A DNA stretch of 64,000 nt, taken from contig JALHRD010000013.1 in assembly GCA_022841625.1 (NCBI GenBank), positions 24,577 through 88,576 of the forward strand. Direction: 5' to 3'. A model generated the notes under the pieces. It worked only from the letters and a program-made list of their open reading frames with translations. It did not search any database and had not been told where the DNA came from. This document shows, one piece after another, positions 1 to 10,582 of this stretch. The stretch is from Xanthobacteraceae bacterium (GTDB lineage: Bacteria > Pseudomonadota > Alphaproteobacteria > Rhizobiales > Xanthobacteraceae). How positions within the stretch are numbered: position 1 is the stretch's first letter; each line of letters opens with the position of its first letter. The position numbers and the translations under genes are program-made.

Positions 1-1690
1 CGGCCTTCTCGCGCATGGCGTGCTTGCCGGCAAAGCCGGCAAGCCGCACCAGGTTTTGGGCGGCTATGGCATTGGGATTGGGCGTGGCATCGTCGCTGGT
101 TGCGCTTGGCCGGATCACCAGGCCTTCGGCGTCGTCGGCGGTGAGGAAGTATCCACCGGAGCTCGGGTTGGCGTAATGGCGATCGAGCGCCGCCTGCCAG
201 ACCAGCGCGCGACCGAGGTCATCGCGCGCGCCGGTGGCCTCGTAGAGCGTGAGCGCTGCGCGGATCATGTGGGCATAGTCGGAGGCGAGGCCCGGAAACA
301 ACAGGCGGTCTTCGCGCCAGGAATGGCCGAGACGATCGCCGCGCGACATCTTATCGGCGACAAAATCGAATGCGCGCCTCGCCATGTCGAGCCATGACGG
401 CGCGTCGAAATGCACCCCGGCATTCACCAGCGCGGCAATCATCATGCCGTTCCAATCGGCCAGCACTTTGTCGTCGAGCCCAGGTCGAACGCGCTTGTCG
501 CGCACCGCCAGGAGCCGCCGCCGCAGCGCCGCCAGCCGCGACTCTTCCTCCGGGGTCGCCGAAACGCGGGCCAGCCGGTTGAGAATCGTATGGCCTTCGA
601 AATTGCCTTCGGCGGTGACGTCATAGTGGCGCGCGAAGAATGCCGCTTCGTCCTTACCGACGATGTGCTCGATTTCGGCCGGCGTCCAAACGTAGAATTT
701 GCCCTCCTCGCCTTCGCTATCGGCATCGAGCGAGGCGCAGAATGCGCCACCCGTGGTGGTCATTTCGCGGGCCAGCCAACTTACGGTTTCTTCCGCGCGC
801 GCCTTGAACAGCGGATTGCCGGAGCGCCCATGCGCGAGCGCGAGCAATTCGAGCAGTTGCGCATTGTCATAGAGCATCTTCTCAAAATGCGGCACCAGCC
901 AGCGCTCGTCGACCGCATAACGTGAGAAGCCGCCGCCGAGATGGTCGTAGATGCCGCCCTGGCAGATGCGCTCAAGCGTGAGCTCGACTGCCGCGAAGTA
1001 GCGCTGCTCGCCGGTGCGTTGGCCTGCCCGCCACAGGAATTCGAGCATCATGCAATTGGGGAATTTCGGCGCACCGCGCATGCCGCCATGGACCGGATCG
1101 ACCATACCGCCGATCTGCTGGGCGGCCCGATTGAGCTCGTTCGGCCCGACGGTGACCGCCGCGGTCGATGCGGCGCTGTCGGAGAGCTTTGCCATCAGCG
1201 CGCTGCGGTTTTGCTCGACGCTTTGCGGCTCCTCGCGGAACACCCGCGCGACTTCGCGCAGCAAGTCGGCAAATGCCGGTTTGCCGTAACGGCTGGTTTT
1301 GGGGAAATACGTGCCCCCCCAAAACGGCTCGCCGGCGGGCGTCAGGAACATGGTCAGCGGCCATCCGCCGTGTTGGCCCATCAAGTGCAGCGCCGCCATG
1401 TAAATCTGGTCGATGTCGGGTCGCTCCTCGCGGTCGACTTTGATATTGACGAACAGTTCGTTCATCACCGCGGCGGTGGCGTCGTCTTCGAAACTCTCAT
1501 GCGCCATGACATGGCACCAATGACAGGCGGCATAGCCGACCGAGAGCAGGATAGGTTTATGGGTCCGTTGCGCCTCCGCCAGGGCGGCGGGGGTCCATGG
1601 CCACCAGTCCACGGGATTGTGTTGATGCTGCAGGAGATAGGGCGAGGTTTCCTGCGCCAGGCGGTTCTGATGAGCGGACGGTGCGGCCAT
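1..1690 (-). CDS. Thioredoxin-domain protein, YyaL/DUF255 type. Only the 5' part is present; the ORF runs off the left edge and is therefore absent from the supplied ORF track.
   Basis: Own translation of the minus strand from the ATG at 1690-1688 gives [70 protein letters not shown]. This is the conserved N-terminus of the family (NPVDW.PW, CHWCHVM). None of the listed minus ORFs shares this frame. The plus-strand ORFs 410-925 and 941-1789 look like antisense shadows. Confidence 0.85.
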   Translation of the reverse strand, partial: MAAPSAHQNRLAQETSPYLLQHQHNPVDWWPWTPAALAEAQRTHKPILLSVGYAACHWCHVMAHESFEDDATAAVMNELFVNIKVDREERPDIDQIYMAALHLMGQHGGWPLTMFLTPAGEPFWGGTYFPKTSRYGKPAFADLLREVARVFREEPQSVEQNRSALMAKLSDSAASTAAVTVGPNELNRAAQQIGGMVDPVHGGMRGAPKFPNCMMLEFLWRAGQRTGEQRYFAAVELTLERICQGGIYDHLGGGFSRYAVDERWLVPHFEKMLYDNAQLLELLALAHGRSGNPLFKARAEETVSWLAREMTTTGGAFCASLDADSEGEEGKFYVWTPAEIEHIVGKDEAAFFARHYDVTAEGNFEGHTILNRLARVSATPEEESRLAALRRRLLAVRDKRVRPGLDDKVLADWNGMMIAALVNAGVHFDAPSWLDMARRAFDFVADKMSRGDRLGHSWREDRLLFPGLASDYAHMIRAALTLYEATGARDDLGRALVWQAALDRHYANPSSGGYFLTADDAEGLVIRPSATSDDATPNPNAIAAQNLVRLAGFAGKHAMREKA

Positions 1691-1749
1691 CGGCGGATAA
1701 TGCCTGAGCGGGAGGCTCGTTCAACCGCCTGCGGCCCGAGAATGGAAAG

Positions 1750-2160
1750 TCAATCCGGCAGGATGCACGGCACGACCTGTCGGCTGTGACGGCGGTAGAT
1801 ACGGAAATCCGAGTCAGTTGTCAGGAGGACCGCCCGCGGGACTGTCTCGCTCATGCGGACGAGACAAGCATCGGCAAAACTCATGGGGACGCTTGCATAT
1901 CGTCGCATGAGCGCCAGTACTTCCTCAAGATTGTCATCCAATCGAAACGCACAGGCAATCGTCTCACGAATGAGGAACTGAGAAAACGAGAGGCTGCCGC
2001 TTGGTCCTAGCAGGTGGAATACTTCGGATACGACAGCCTCGCATGTTCTCCAGGGCGGAGGATGCCGTTCGGAAATTGAACAGGCCCAGCGATGATTGGT
2101 GTCGCGGTCGGTGAGGATAGCGACAAGGAATCCTGCGTCAGCGAGGGCGTTTTCGGCCAT
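1750..2160 (-). CDS. vapC: PIN-domain toxin, VapC-like (type II toxin-antitoxin)
   Basis: 136-aa ORF with an acidic PIN-like N-terminus (LADAGFLVAILTDRD) and a C-terminal LLTTDSDF. It overlaps the upstream RHH ORF by 23 nt, the usual antitoxin-toxin arrangement. Confidence 0.78.
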   Translation of the reverse strand: MAENALADAGFLVAILTDRDTNHRWACSISERHPPPWRTCEAVVSEVFHLLGPSGSLSFSQFLIRETIACAFRLDDNLEEVLALMRRYASVPMSFADACLVRMSETVPRAVLLTTDSDFRIYRRHSRQVVPCILPD

Positions 2161-2395
2161 AGCCCGTGGCCTTGAGGTAATGCTTCTTGCGTGAGCTCAA
2201 ATCGGCAGGGAGGTTGCGGACAGAGCCGATGAGATCCGCGATAGCTTCTAGCGAAGCTGGCCGTTGCCGCGGAACATCCGGTGCGCGCGCCAATCGTTCG
2301 CGCACAATGTCCGACTTCGACAGCTTGCGCGCGCGCGACTCCGCCTCGATCTGGGCGACAAGGGTGTCGGGCAGGCGCACGGTCAGCGTTTTCAT
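2138..2395 (-). CDS. vapB: Ribbon-helix-helix (CopG/Arc-type) antitoxin, VapB-like
   Basis: 85-aa ORF. MKTLTVRLPDTLVAQIEAESRARKLSKSDIVRERL is a typical RHH N-terminus. It lies directly upstream of, and overlaps, the PIN gene. Confidence 0.75.
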   Translation of the reverse strand: MKTLTVRLPDTLVAQIEAESRARKLSKSDIVRERLARAPDVPRQRPASLEAIADLIGSVRNLPADLSSRKKHYLKATGYGRKRPR

Positions 2396-2433
2396 TGCCG
2401 CAGTGTATTACATTTCTGGCAGATACGCAATAC

Positions 2434-2449
2434 AGATGCTTAGATGCTT
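2434..2449. promoter_or_regulatory. Tandem 8-mer AGATGCTT AGATGCTT in the divergent vapB / membrane-protein promoter region; candidate antitoxin operator
   Basis: Read directly: agatgcttagatgctt lies about 40 nt upstream of the vapB start (2395). RHH antitoxins commonly autoregulate through short repeats. No functional evidence. Confidence 0.25.
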
Positions 2450-2493
2450 GCGTTGCGACGCCGATTTGGCTGTGCTCGGCGGGTGGGATCGCG

Positions 2494-3570
2494 ATGGCTC
2501 GGATGATTCACGACAAAGACGGCCTCGCCGCTCCGACGCCGGAGCGGTTCGTTCCGGGCATCGCGGACATCGCCATTGTTCCGCTGGCGGCGCTTGCCTT
2601 TGCGATCGCATGGCTGCTGCGCGCGCTGTTCCGCGGGCTGATCAATCTCATCGACTGGGCGTTCCCGATCCTTTTGCAGGCGATGCGGTTTCCGCTGTTC
2701 ACGCTGCGCATCCTCGGCGACGCCGTCGCCGCGCTGCTCAAGGGCGTCGCCCGGTTCTTGCCGATCGGCGGGGTCCGGCGGCAGGCCTGGCGGGACTTGG
2801 TGAGCCGGCAGTGGATGTGGCTCCGCCAGAAGATTAGCTACAAGGTGTTCGAAGAGTGGCTGCATCACCTGTTCGAAGACGGTATGGCCTGGGTGTTCCG
2901 CAAGTGTCGGACGCTGACGCCGCGTGCCGCGCTCTTAGTGCTCGCAGGCGCCATTCTCTGGTTCCCAATTTCGTTCGTGGTGGCGACGCTGATACATGCG
3001 GTGCTGTTCGCGCAGGCCTTGACATTGCCGGCCTGGATGCAACTCCTGCATCCAGTGGCGACCGTCATCGCCAAGAGCAAGCTCCTGGTGTTGCCAGTTT
3101 ACCCGGCAGCCTGGCCGCCGGCGAGGCAGCACCCGTCGGTGCAGGCGTTGATCCGATTGTGGGCCTGGATTACGGCGCACTATCTTGTTCGGAAGGCCGG
3201 CTATCGTTACCGGCAAGTTGAAGCCACCGCAGCGGCGTTGGCGGAGCGTTGGCGCGGCACCGCGGCCGGTGTTGGACTGCGCCGGCTTTGGAATGCCCTG
3301 CTCGATGGAATTAATGCTGCTGCGAGCCTTGTCGGTCGCAAGACCCGGACCGCGGCGCGCCACCTGGTTGAAGCGTTAGCCGCAATTCCGTGGTTGGGTG
3401 AGATCGTGCAGCGCTATTCGGCGCATTACGACCAGGTCAACCGGGAGCCAACCGAAAAATTCAGCCAGCGCGCGCGTGACTTTTTCGAGCGTTGGTCGGT
3501 CAAGTTCACCGTGGAATATTACGAAGCCAAGGAACGGCAGGATGCCGCGAAAATCGCCACCGGTGCGTGA
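2494..3570 (+). CDS. Hypothetical polytopic membrane protein
   Basis: Long ORF 2281-3570. The start was moved to the in-frame ATG at 2494 (MARMIHDKDG...) because the upstream part overlaps the vapB promoter region and is Arg/Cys-rich junk. Several hydrophobic helices are present (IAIVPLAALAFAIAWLL, AALLVLAGAILWFPISFVVATLIHAVLF). No family recognised. Confidence 0.55.
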   Translation: MARMIHDKDGLAAPTPERFVPGIADIAIVPLAALAFAIAWLLRALFRGLINLIDWAFPILLQAMRFPLFTLRILGDAVAALLKGVARFLPIGGVRRQAWRDLVSRQWMWLRQKISYKVFEEWLHHLFEDGMAWVFRKCRTLTPRAALLVLAGAILWFPISFVVATLIHAVLFAQALTLPAWMQLLHPVATVIAKSKLLVLPVYPAAWPPARQHPSVQALIRLWAWITAHYLVRKAGYRYRQVEATAAALAERWRGTAAGVGLRRLWNALLDGINAAASLVGRKTRTAARHLVEALAAIPWLGEIVQRYSAHYDQVNREPTEKFSQRARDFFERWSVKFTVEYYEAKERQDAAKIATGA

Positions 3571-3668
3571 GCCGCTGAGGGCCGGCGGCACCGCTGCGAG
3601 CCGATCGGAGGGCAAAGGCCACAGCCGTCCGTCGCGTTTCGGCGGCGTTCGCGCTACATCCTTGCATC

Positions 3669-5042
3669 ATGGCAGTTGCGCGCACTGACAATGACACCAT
3701 CTTTGCGCTCTCCTCCGGCCGACCGCCGGCGGCGATTGCGGTGGTGCGGGTGTCGGGGCCGCGCGGCCGCGCGGTGCTGACGGCGATGGTCGGCTTGGTG
3801 CCGGAGCCGCGCAAGGCGACGCTGGCGACAGTGCGCGACCCGGCAAGCCGCGCGCCGATCGATCAGGCACTGGTGTTATGGTTTCCGGGTCCACGCAGCG
3901 AGACCGGCGAGGATGTCGTGGAGTTTCAGCTCCATGGCGGCCAGGCCATCGTCGTAGCGGTGCTGGCGGCGCTGGGGCGGATGGAGGGCCTGCGGATGGC
4001 GGAGCCCGGCGAGTTCACGCGCCGCGCCTTCGAACATGGCCAGCTCGATCTCACCCAAGTCGAAGCGCTGGCCGATTTGATCGGCGCTGAAACCGAAGCG
4101 CAGCGCCGGCAGGCATTTCAGCAATTGCGCGGGCTACTTGGCGATCGCGCTGAGCATTGGCGAACGCGCGCCATCGAAGCGCTGGCGCAAGTTGAAGCGG
4201 CCATCGACTTCGCCGATGAAGGCGATGTGCCGAATGATTTGACTGCCCGCGCCGTGGCGATTGCTGGGCCGCTGGCCGAGGAAATCGCCGCGGCGGTGGC
4301 GGGCGCCGAACGTGGCGAGCGGCTGCGCGATGGGCTGTGTGTGGTGATCGCGGGTCCACCCAATGCGGGCAAGTCGACGCTGCTTAACAAGATCGCGCGC
4401 CGCGATGCGGCGATCGTTTCGCCGATCGCGGGCACGACGCGCGACCTGATCGAGGTACATCTCGATCTCAACGGCTATCCAGTCGTTCTGATCGATACCG
4501 CCGGCATTCGCGAATCCTCCACCGATCCGGTCGAGCGTGAGGGCATGCGGCGCGCGCGCGAGCAGGCGGCGCGCGCGAATCTGTTGCTGTGGATCGCCGA
4601 TGCAACCGCGGCGGATCCGGCCGCCGTGCCAGCGGCGGGACCAGGCGTTACGCGCATGGTCGTGCTCAACAAGATGGACTTGGTCCGGCCGCAAGAAATG
4701 CCGCGGCTGGATTGGCAATTCAAAAACAAGCTTGGCGCACATTTTATGTCGGCAACGACGGGCGAGGGGGTCGACGCGCTGATTAGCGCCGTGGTCGATT
4801 TCGTCGAACGCTATTTTACCGCCGAGCCAGCACTGGTGACGCGCGAGCGCCAGCGCAGGGTGTTAAATGAGGTTGTGCAATTTTTGGTTGAATCGATCGC
4901 CCTGGCGGAAAAGGCGGCTGGGGAAGAACTGGTGGCGGAGCAGCTTCGCCTAGCCGCCGCCGGCCTGGGTCGGCTCACCGGCCGGGTCGATGTCGAGGAT
5001 GTGCTCGAAGTCATTTTTCGGGATTTCTGCATTGGCAAATAA
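3669..5042 (+). CDS. mnmE: tRNA modification GTPase MnmE (TrmE)
   Basis: 457 aa with TIFALSSG..AIAVVRVSG at the N-terminus, G-domain motifs GPPNAGKST, DTAG and NKMD, and the hallmark C-terminal CIGK. Followed by mnmG-rsmG-parAB. Confidence 0.95.
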   Translation: MAVARTDNDTIFALSSGRPPAAIAVVRVSGPRGRAVLTAMVGLVPEPRKATLATVRDPASRAPIDQALVLWFPGPRSETGEDVVEFQLHGGQAIVVAVLAALGRMEGLRMAEPGEFTRRAFEHGQLDLTQVEALADLIGAETEAQRRQAFQQLRGLLGDRAEHWRTRAIEALAQVEAAIDFADEGDVPNDLTARAVAIAGPLAEEIAAAVAGAERGERLRDGLCVVIAGPPNAGKSTLLNKIARRDAAIVSPIAGTTRDLIEVHLDLNGYPVVLIDTAGIRESSTDPVEREGMRRAREQAARANLLLWIADATAADPAAVPAAGPGVTRMVVLNKMDLVRPQEMPRLDWQFKNKLGAHFMSATTGEGVDALISAVVDFVERYFTAEPALVTRERQRRVLNEVVQFLVESIALAEKAAGEELVAEQLRLAAAGLGRLTGRVDVEDVLEVIFRDFCIGK

Positions 5043-5107
5043 GTCGGCCGGCGACGGATGGGTCAGCGGCTGATCGGGTGATTCGAGACGGCCGCTGCGA
5101 TAGCCGC

Positions 5108-5123
5108 TGTTTCACGTGAAACA
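5108..5123. other. parS centromere-like site, perfect 16-mer TGTTTCACGTGAAACA
   Basis: Read directly in the mnmE-mnmG spacer. It matches the widely conserved ParB-binding palindrome exactly. Confidence 0.85.
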
Positions 5124-5205
5124 ATTTCTAAGGTGGATTGACGCACAGATTTTGACCCCCGCCGTAGGCCAAGCTAATAGCTGGCGGCTGGAGAGTTTCC
5201 GATAA

Positions 5206-7083
5206 ATGCAAATGCGGTTCGACGTCATTGTCGTGGGCGGAGGCCATGCCGGCTGCGAGGCTGCGGCGGCCGCGGCGCGTATGGGTGCGTCGACCGCGTT
5301 GGTTACGCATCGGTTTACCACGATCGGCGCCATGTCGTGCAACCCAGCCATCGGCGGATTGGGCAAGGGCCATCTGGTGCGGGAGATCGATGCCCTCGAC
5401 GGCTTGATGGGGCGGGTGGCGGATCGCGGCGGTATTCAGTTTCGCGTTTTGAATCGCCGAAAGGGTCCCGCGGTGCGCGGTCCGCGCGCGCAGGCCGACC
5501 GCCGGCTCTATGCCGCAGCCATGCAAGCGGCGATCGCGGCAACTCCCAATCTGACCGTCGTCGAAGGTGAGGCCGACGATCTAATCGTGACCGGTGGCCG
5601 GGTGGCCGGGTTTCGGCTCGCCGACGGCCGGGTGCTTTTGGCTGGGGCCGTCGTGCTCACCACCGGAACTTTTTTGCGCGGGCTGATCCATATCGGCGAG
5701 CGACAGACGCCGGCCGGCCGGGTCGGGGAGGCGCCGGCGGCGGGTTTGTCGCTCAGCCTGGAACGGATCGGCTTTGCGCTAGGACGACTCAAGACCGGCA
5801 CGCCACCGCGGATCGACGGATCCACCATCGACTGGGCAGCGCTCGAGATGCAGCCTGGCGACGAGCCGCCGGAGCCGTTTTCGGTGATGACCGATCGGAT
5901 CGAGAACCGGCAGATCGAATGTGGGATCACCCGGACCACCGATGCGACGCATCGGATTATCCGCGGTAATGTCCATCGTTCGCCGATGTATTCCGGACAG
6001 ATCGCTAGCCGGGGCCCGCGTTATTGTCCCTCGATCGAGGATAAGATTGTCCGCTTCGGGGAGCGCGATGGGCACCAGATTTTCCTGGAGCCCGAGGGCC
6101 TCGACGACACCACGGTCTATCCCAATGGGATCTCGACCTCGCTGCCGGAGGAGGTCCAGACCGCGCTGGTCGCGACCATCCCAGGGCTTGAGCGGGCGCG
6201 GATTGTACGGCCGGGATATGCCATCGAATATGATCACGTCGATCCACGCGAGCTCAAGGCCACGCTCGAGACCAAGCGAATGCCGGGACTGTTTCTGGCC
6301 GGCCAGATCAACGGCACCACCGGCTATGAGGAGGCCGCCGCCCAGGGTTTGGTGGCGGGGCTCAACGCCGCGTCGAAAGCCGGTGGCGGCGCCGATATCG
6401 TGTTCGATCGGGCCGAGGGCTATCTCGGCGTGATGATCGACGATCTCGTCACCAAGGGGGTCAGCGAGCCCTATCGGATGTTCACGTCACGGGCCGAATA
6501 TCGGCTGACCCTGCGTGCCGACAATGCCGATCAGCGGCTCACCACGCGCGGCGTGGCGATCGGCTGCGTGAGTTCGGAACGGTGCGAGCGCCACGTGGCC
6601 AAGATGGCGGCGCTGACCGAGGTCCGCGCATTCGCTGAAGCGATGTCGCTCACACCGACCGAAGGCGCCAAGCATGGCCTTGCGCTCAATCGCGACGGCC
6701 AGCGACGCACGGCGTTCGAGCTACTGTCGTTCCCGTCTATCGGCGTTGCGGAGGTCGCGCGCATCTGGCCGCGCTTCAATACGTTTCACGTGAAACATCT
6801 CGCGCAGATCGAGATCGATGCAAAATACGATGTCTATCTTTCGCGCCAGGCGGCGGACATTGCAGCGTTCCGTCGCGACGAGAATCTCGAACTGCCCGAC
6901 GATGTCGACTACGGCACCGTCAAAGGTCTCTCGAATGAAGCGCGCGCCAAGCTTGCCGCGATCCGTCCGCGCACCATCGGTCAGGCCGGCCGGATCGACG
7001 GCCTTACGCCCGTGGCCCTGACTCTGCTGGTCGGCCACATCCGACACAAACGAAAATCGCGCGCGGTCCAAACTTCGGCATGA
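5206..7083 (+). CDS. mnmG: tRNA uridine 5-carboxymethylaminomethyl modification enzyme MnmG (GidA)
   Basis: 625 aa with the FAD motif [16 protein letters not shown], plus [16 protein letters not shown] and a C-terminal GidA-associated region. Confidence 0.97.
   Translation: MQMRFDVIVVGGGHAGCEAAAAAARMGASTALVTHRFTTIGAMSCNPAIGGLGKGHLVREIDALDGLMGRVADRGGIQFRVLNRRKGPAVRGPRAQADRRLYAAAMQAAIAATPNLTVVEGEADDLIVTGGRVAGFRLADGRVLLAGAVVLTTGTFLRGLIHIGERQTPAGRVGEAPAAGLSLSLERIGFALGRLKTGTPPRIDGSTIDWAALEMQPGDEPPEPFSVMTDRIENRQIECGITRTTDATHRIIRGNVHRSPMYSGQIASRGPRYCPSIEDKIVRFGERDGHQIFLEPEGLDDTTVYPNGISTSLPEEVQTALVATIPGLERARIVRPGYAIEYDHVDPRELKATLETKRMPGLFLAGQINGTTGYEEAAAQGLVAGLNAASKAGGGADIVFDRAEGYLGVMIDDLVTKGVSEPYRMFTSRAEYRLTLRADNADQRLTTRGVAIGCVSSERCERHVAKMAALTEVRAFAEAMSLTPTEGAKHGLALNRDGQRRTAFELLSFPSIGVAEVARIWPRFNTFHVKHLAQIEIDAKYDVYLSRQAADIAAFRRDENLELPDDVDYGTVKGLSNEARAKLAAIRPRTIGQAGRIDGLTPVALTLLVGHIRHKRKSRAVQTSA
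6782..6797. other. parS-like site CGTTTCACGTGAAACA (15/16 to consensus) inside mnmG
   Basis: Read directly. The central 14-bp palindrome GTTTCACGTGAAAC is intact. Confidence 0.7.
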
Positions 7084-7754
7084 AGCGCTCTATCGATGTC
7101 ACGCCTGACCTGAGCGCCGACCGCGCCGCGGCGCTGCAGCTGACGCCTGTTTCACGTGAAACATTGGCGCGTCTTGATCGCTTGGTCGATTTGCTTTTGC
7201 AGTGGCGGGAGCGAACCAATCTGATCGGCGCGAGCACCATCCCGCAGATTTGGACGCGACACATCGCCGACTCGCTTCAGCTTCTCGACCTCGCGCCCGA
7301 TGCGCGAATCTGGATCGACCTCGGCAGCGGCGCCGGATTCCCCGGCATGGCGATCGCCTGCGCGCTGGCGGATATTCCGAACGCCGAAGTCCACTTGGTT
7401 GAGAGCAATACCAAGAAGGCGGCGTTCCTGCGCGAGGCTGCGCAGGTCACCGGCGCACCCGCGATTGTTCACGCCGAGCGAATCGAGAAATTTGTCGCGA
7501 ATTATGCGGGCCAAGCCGACGTTGTTACCGCCCGTGCGCTGAGCCCACTGAAAACTATTCTAGATCAATGCTTTATTCTGTTGAAAACTGGCGCCTTAGG
7601 GCTGTTTCCCAAGGGCCAGAGCGTTGCTGTCGAATTGACCGAAGCCAATAAATACTGGAACATCAACTCCACTCTCGCGCCCAGCAAGACTGATTCGAAC
7701 GGCCGTATCGTGGTCGTCCACGCTCTGGAGCGACGTGTAGCGGCAAAAAAATAA
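7080..7754 (+). CDS. rsmG: 16S rRNA (guanine527-N7)-methyltransferase RsmG (GidB)
   Basis: 224 aa. The start overlaps the mnmG stop (ATGA). SAM motif [10 protein letters not shown] is present, and the gene has the conserved position before parA. Confidence 0.93.
   Translation: MKRSIDVTPDLSADRAAALQLTPVSRETLARLDRLVDLLLQWRERTNLIGASTIPQIWTRHIADSLQLLDLAPDARIWIDLGSGAGFPGMAIACALADIPNAEVHLVESNTKKAAFLREAAQVTGAPAIVHAERIEKFVANYAGQADVVTARALSPLKTILDQCFILLKTGALGLFPKGQSVAVELTEANKYWNINSTLAPSKTDSNGRIVVVHALERRVAAKK
7148..7163. other. parS site, perfect TGTTTCACGTGAAACA inside rsmG
   Basis: Read directly at 7148-7163. Confidence 0.85.
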
Positions 7755-7800
7755 ACGTGTAAGTTGAGCGTTTGCGGCGCGCAACATATGAGGTGAGGCC

Positions 7801-8667
<867 letters not shown>

Positions 8668-8830
8668 CGATCGCTCGATCCTCTCTGGTGTGAGGCGCGG
8701 GGGTAGGCCGCGTCTCGAACGATGAGCAGTCGCAATCCTTCGCGACCGGTACTTCCGAGCAAGCGGGCAAACTAAGACCGGCAATCACGGGGCCACTGTT
8801 GGTGTGACAATGCGAGCAGGAGACAATGCC

Positions 8831-9709
8831 ATGGCCGATGACGGGAGATCGCGATTGGGACGCGGCCTCGCCGCGCTCATCGGCGACGTCGGCGACGAAT
8901 CTAAAACCGTCGACCGCACGCGCAGCAGCCGCAAGACGCCGATCGCATTCATCAGGCCCAATCCGCGCAATCCGCGGCGCAATTTTTCCGATACCGAGCT
9001 TGAAGAGCTTGCTTCGTCGATCAAAGAGCGCGGGATTATTCAGCCGATCATCGTGCGCGCGGTCAAAGGCGCCGCCGACAAGTTTGAGATTGTCGCCGGC
9101 GAGCGACGCTGGCAAGCAGCACAACGCGCAGGTCTGCACGAGGTCCCGACCATCACCGTCGAGGCGACCGATGCCGAGGCACTGGAACTTGCGATTATCG
9201 AGAACGTGCAGCGCGCCGACCTTAATGCGCTGGAGGAGGCGATGGGCTACCAGTCGCTGATCGACCACTACAAGCACAGCCAGAACGACGTGGCGCGGTT
9301 CGTCGGCAAGAGCCGCAGCCACATCGCCAATACGCTGCGGCTGTTGCAGCTCTCGGAAACGATCAAGGAGTTCATCCGTTTGGGCCAGCTCACCGCCGGC
9401 CATGCCCGCACCCTGATCGGTCAGCCCAACGCTGACGCGCTGGCGCACGACATTGTCAATCGCGGGCTCAACGTGCGGCAGGCCGAAGCACTGGCGCAGG
9501 AAAAATCCGGCCGACTTGGCGCGAAGGCGGGTAAGGGCAATTCACGCGGTAAGGATGCGGACACCATGGCGCTGGAACGGCGGGTGTCCGACGCGCTCGG
9601 CCTGATCGTCACCATCGACCATAAGAGCGGTGGCGGCGGGGTGGTGCATATCGCATACGAGGATCTCGAACAGCTTGATCACCTGACGCGGAAGTTGGAG
9701 CGATCGTAA
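8831..9709 (+). CDS. parB: Chromosome partitioning protein ParB
   Basis: Motifs RLGRGLAALIG, NPRNPRR and IVAGERRWQAAQRAG. The start was set at ATG 8831, preceded by AGGAG at 8818-8822. The ORF-track start at 8804 is an upstream alternative. Confidence 0.93.
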   Translation: MADDGRSRLGRGLAALIGDVGDESKTVDRTRSSRKTPIAFIRPNPRNPRRNFSDTELEELASSIKERGIIQPIIVRAVKGAADKFEIVAGERRWQAAQRAGLHEVPTITVEATDAEALELAIIENVQRADLNALEEAMGYQSLIDHYKHSQNDVARFVGKSRSHIANTLRLLQLSETIKEFIRLGQLTAGHARTLIGQPNADALAHDIVNRGLNVRQAEALAQEKSGRLGAKAGKGNSRGKDADTMALERRVSDALGLIVTIDHKSGGGGVVHIAYEDLEQLDHLTRKLERS

Positions 9710-9712
9710 CGC

Positions 9713-10582
9713 ATGGGTGAGCCGCACGGGCGCTTGCAGCAGTCGGCGCGGGACGACGCCATTCGGCAGGGGCTGGCGGCGATTCGAAGCAATCGGGCCG
9801 AGGAGGCCGAGCGGATTGCACGCACCGTTCTCGCCGGCGCGGCCCAGGATCCCGATGCGTTGCACATCCTCGGCATTTCACTGCTGGCGCGACAGCGCTG
9901 GAGCGACGCGATTGCGCCATTGCAGACGGCGGCTGGCACAAGCCGCGATCCGATCATGGAGACGCATTGCGCACTGGCGTTCCGCCAATGCGGTCGCATG
10001 GAGGAAGCGCTGACCTGGCTGCAACGCGCGGCGTCGCGCGAGCCAGTTTATGCGCAGGCTCTGCTTGAGCTCGGCGTCGTGCTGTGCGCCATGCAACGCT
10101 ACGACGAGGCGGAAGCGACGCTACAGCGCGGGCTGCGCGCCGACCCCAGCGCCGTCGAGATGTCGGTCGAATTGGGCGGCGTCTACATCTGCCGGGCCGA
10201 GCCGACCAAGGCGAGGGCGGTATTCGCACGGGCGCTCGCGCAGGCGCCGGGTCATCCGCGTGCGTTGCACGGCTCCGGCACCGCGCTGCTGTTCGAAGGT
10301 GAATTCGCGCGCGCTGCCGAACGGTTTCGCCAGGTGCTAGCATCGCAGCCCGGCCACGTCCGTGCGCACCTCGATCTCGCACATTGCCTGCTTGAGCTCG
10401 GCAAACGTGACGACGCGATCGCGGTCTTGCGCACGTTGATCGCGCTGGCGCCACAGCACTACGGTAAGGCATTGCAGATGCTGGTGTCGTCCGGGCGCGG
10501 CTGGTTCTGGCTCAAGCCCAGCGCCGCCGCCGCGGTGTTGATGCCTGCCAACGCTCCGCCTTCGCCGGGGCCGATCCATTGA
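9713..10582 (+). CDS. Tetratricopeptide-repeat (TPR) protein
   Basis: 289 aa with repeated A..L......P....AL..LG-type helices along the whole protein. It starts 4 nt after the parB stop. Confidence 0.72.
   Translation: MGEPHGRLQQSARDDAIRQGLAAIRSNRAEEAERIARTVLAGAAQDPDALHILGISLLARQRWSDAIAPLQTAAGTSRDPIMETHCALAFRQCGRMEEALTWLQRAASREPVYAQALLELGVVLCAMQRYDEAEATLQRGLRADPSAVEMSVELGGVYICRAEPTKARAVFARALAQAPGHPRALHGSGTALLFEGEFARAAERFRQVLASQPGHVRAHLDLAHCLLELGKRDDAIAVLRTLIALAPQHYGKALQMLVSSGRGWFWLKPSAAAAVLMPANAPPSPGPIH

Noticed and set aside
2281-2493. Upstream extension of the membrane-protein ORF (ORF-track start 2281)
   Set aside because: The extension overlaps the vapB coding and promoter region and is Arg/Cys/Ala-rich with no hydrophobic signal. 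The ATG at 2494 gives a sensible N-terminus.
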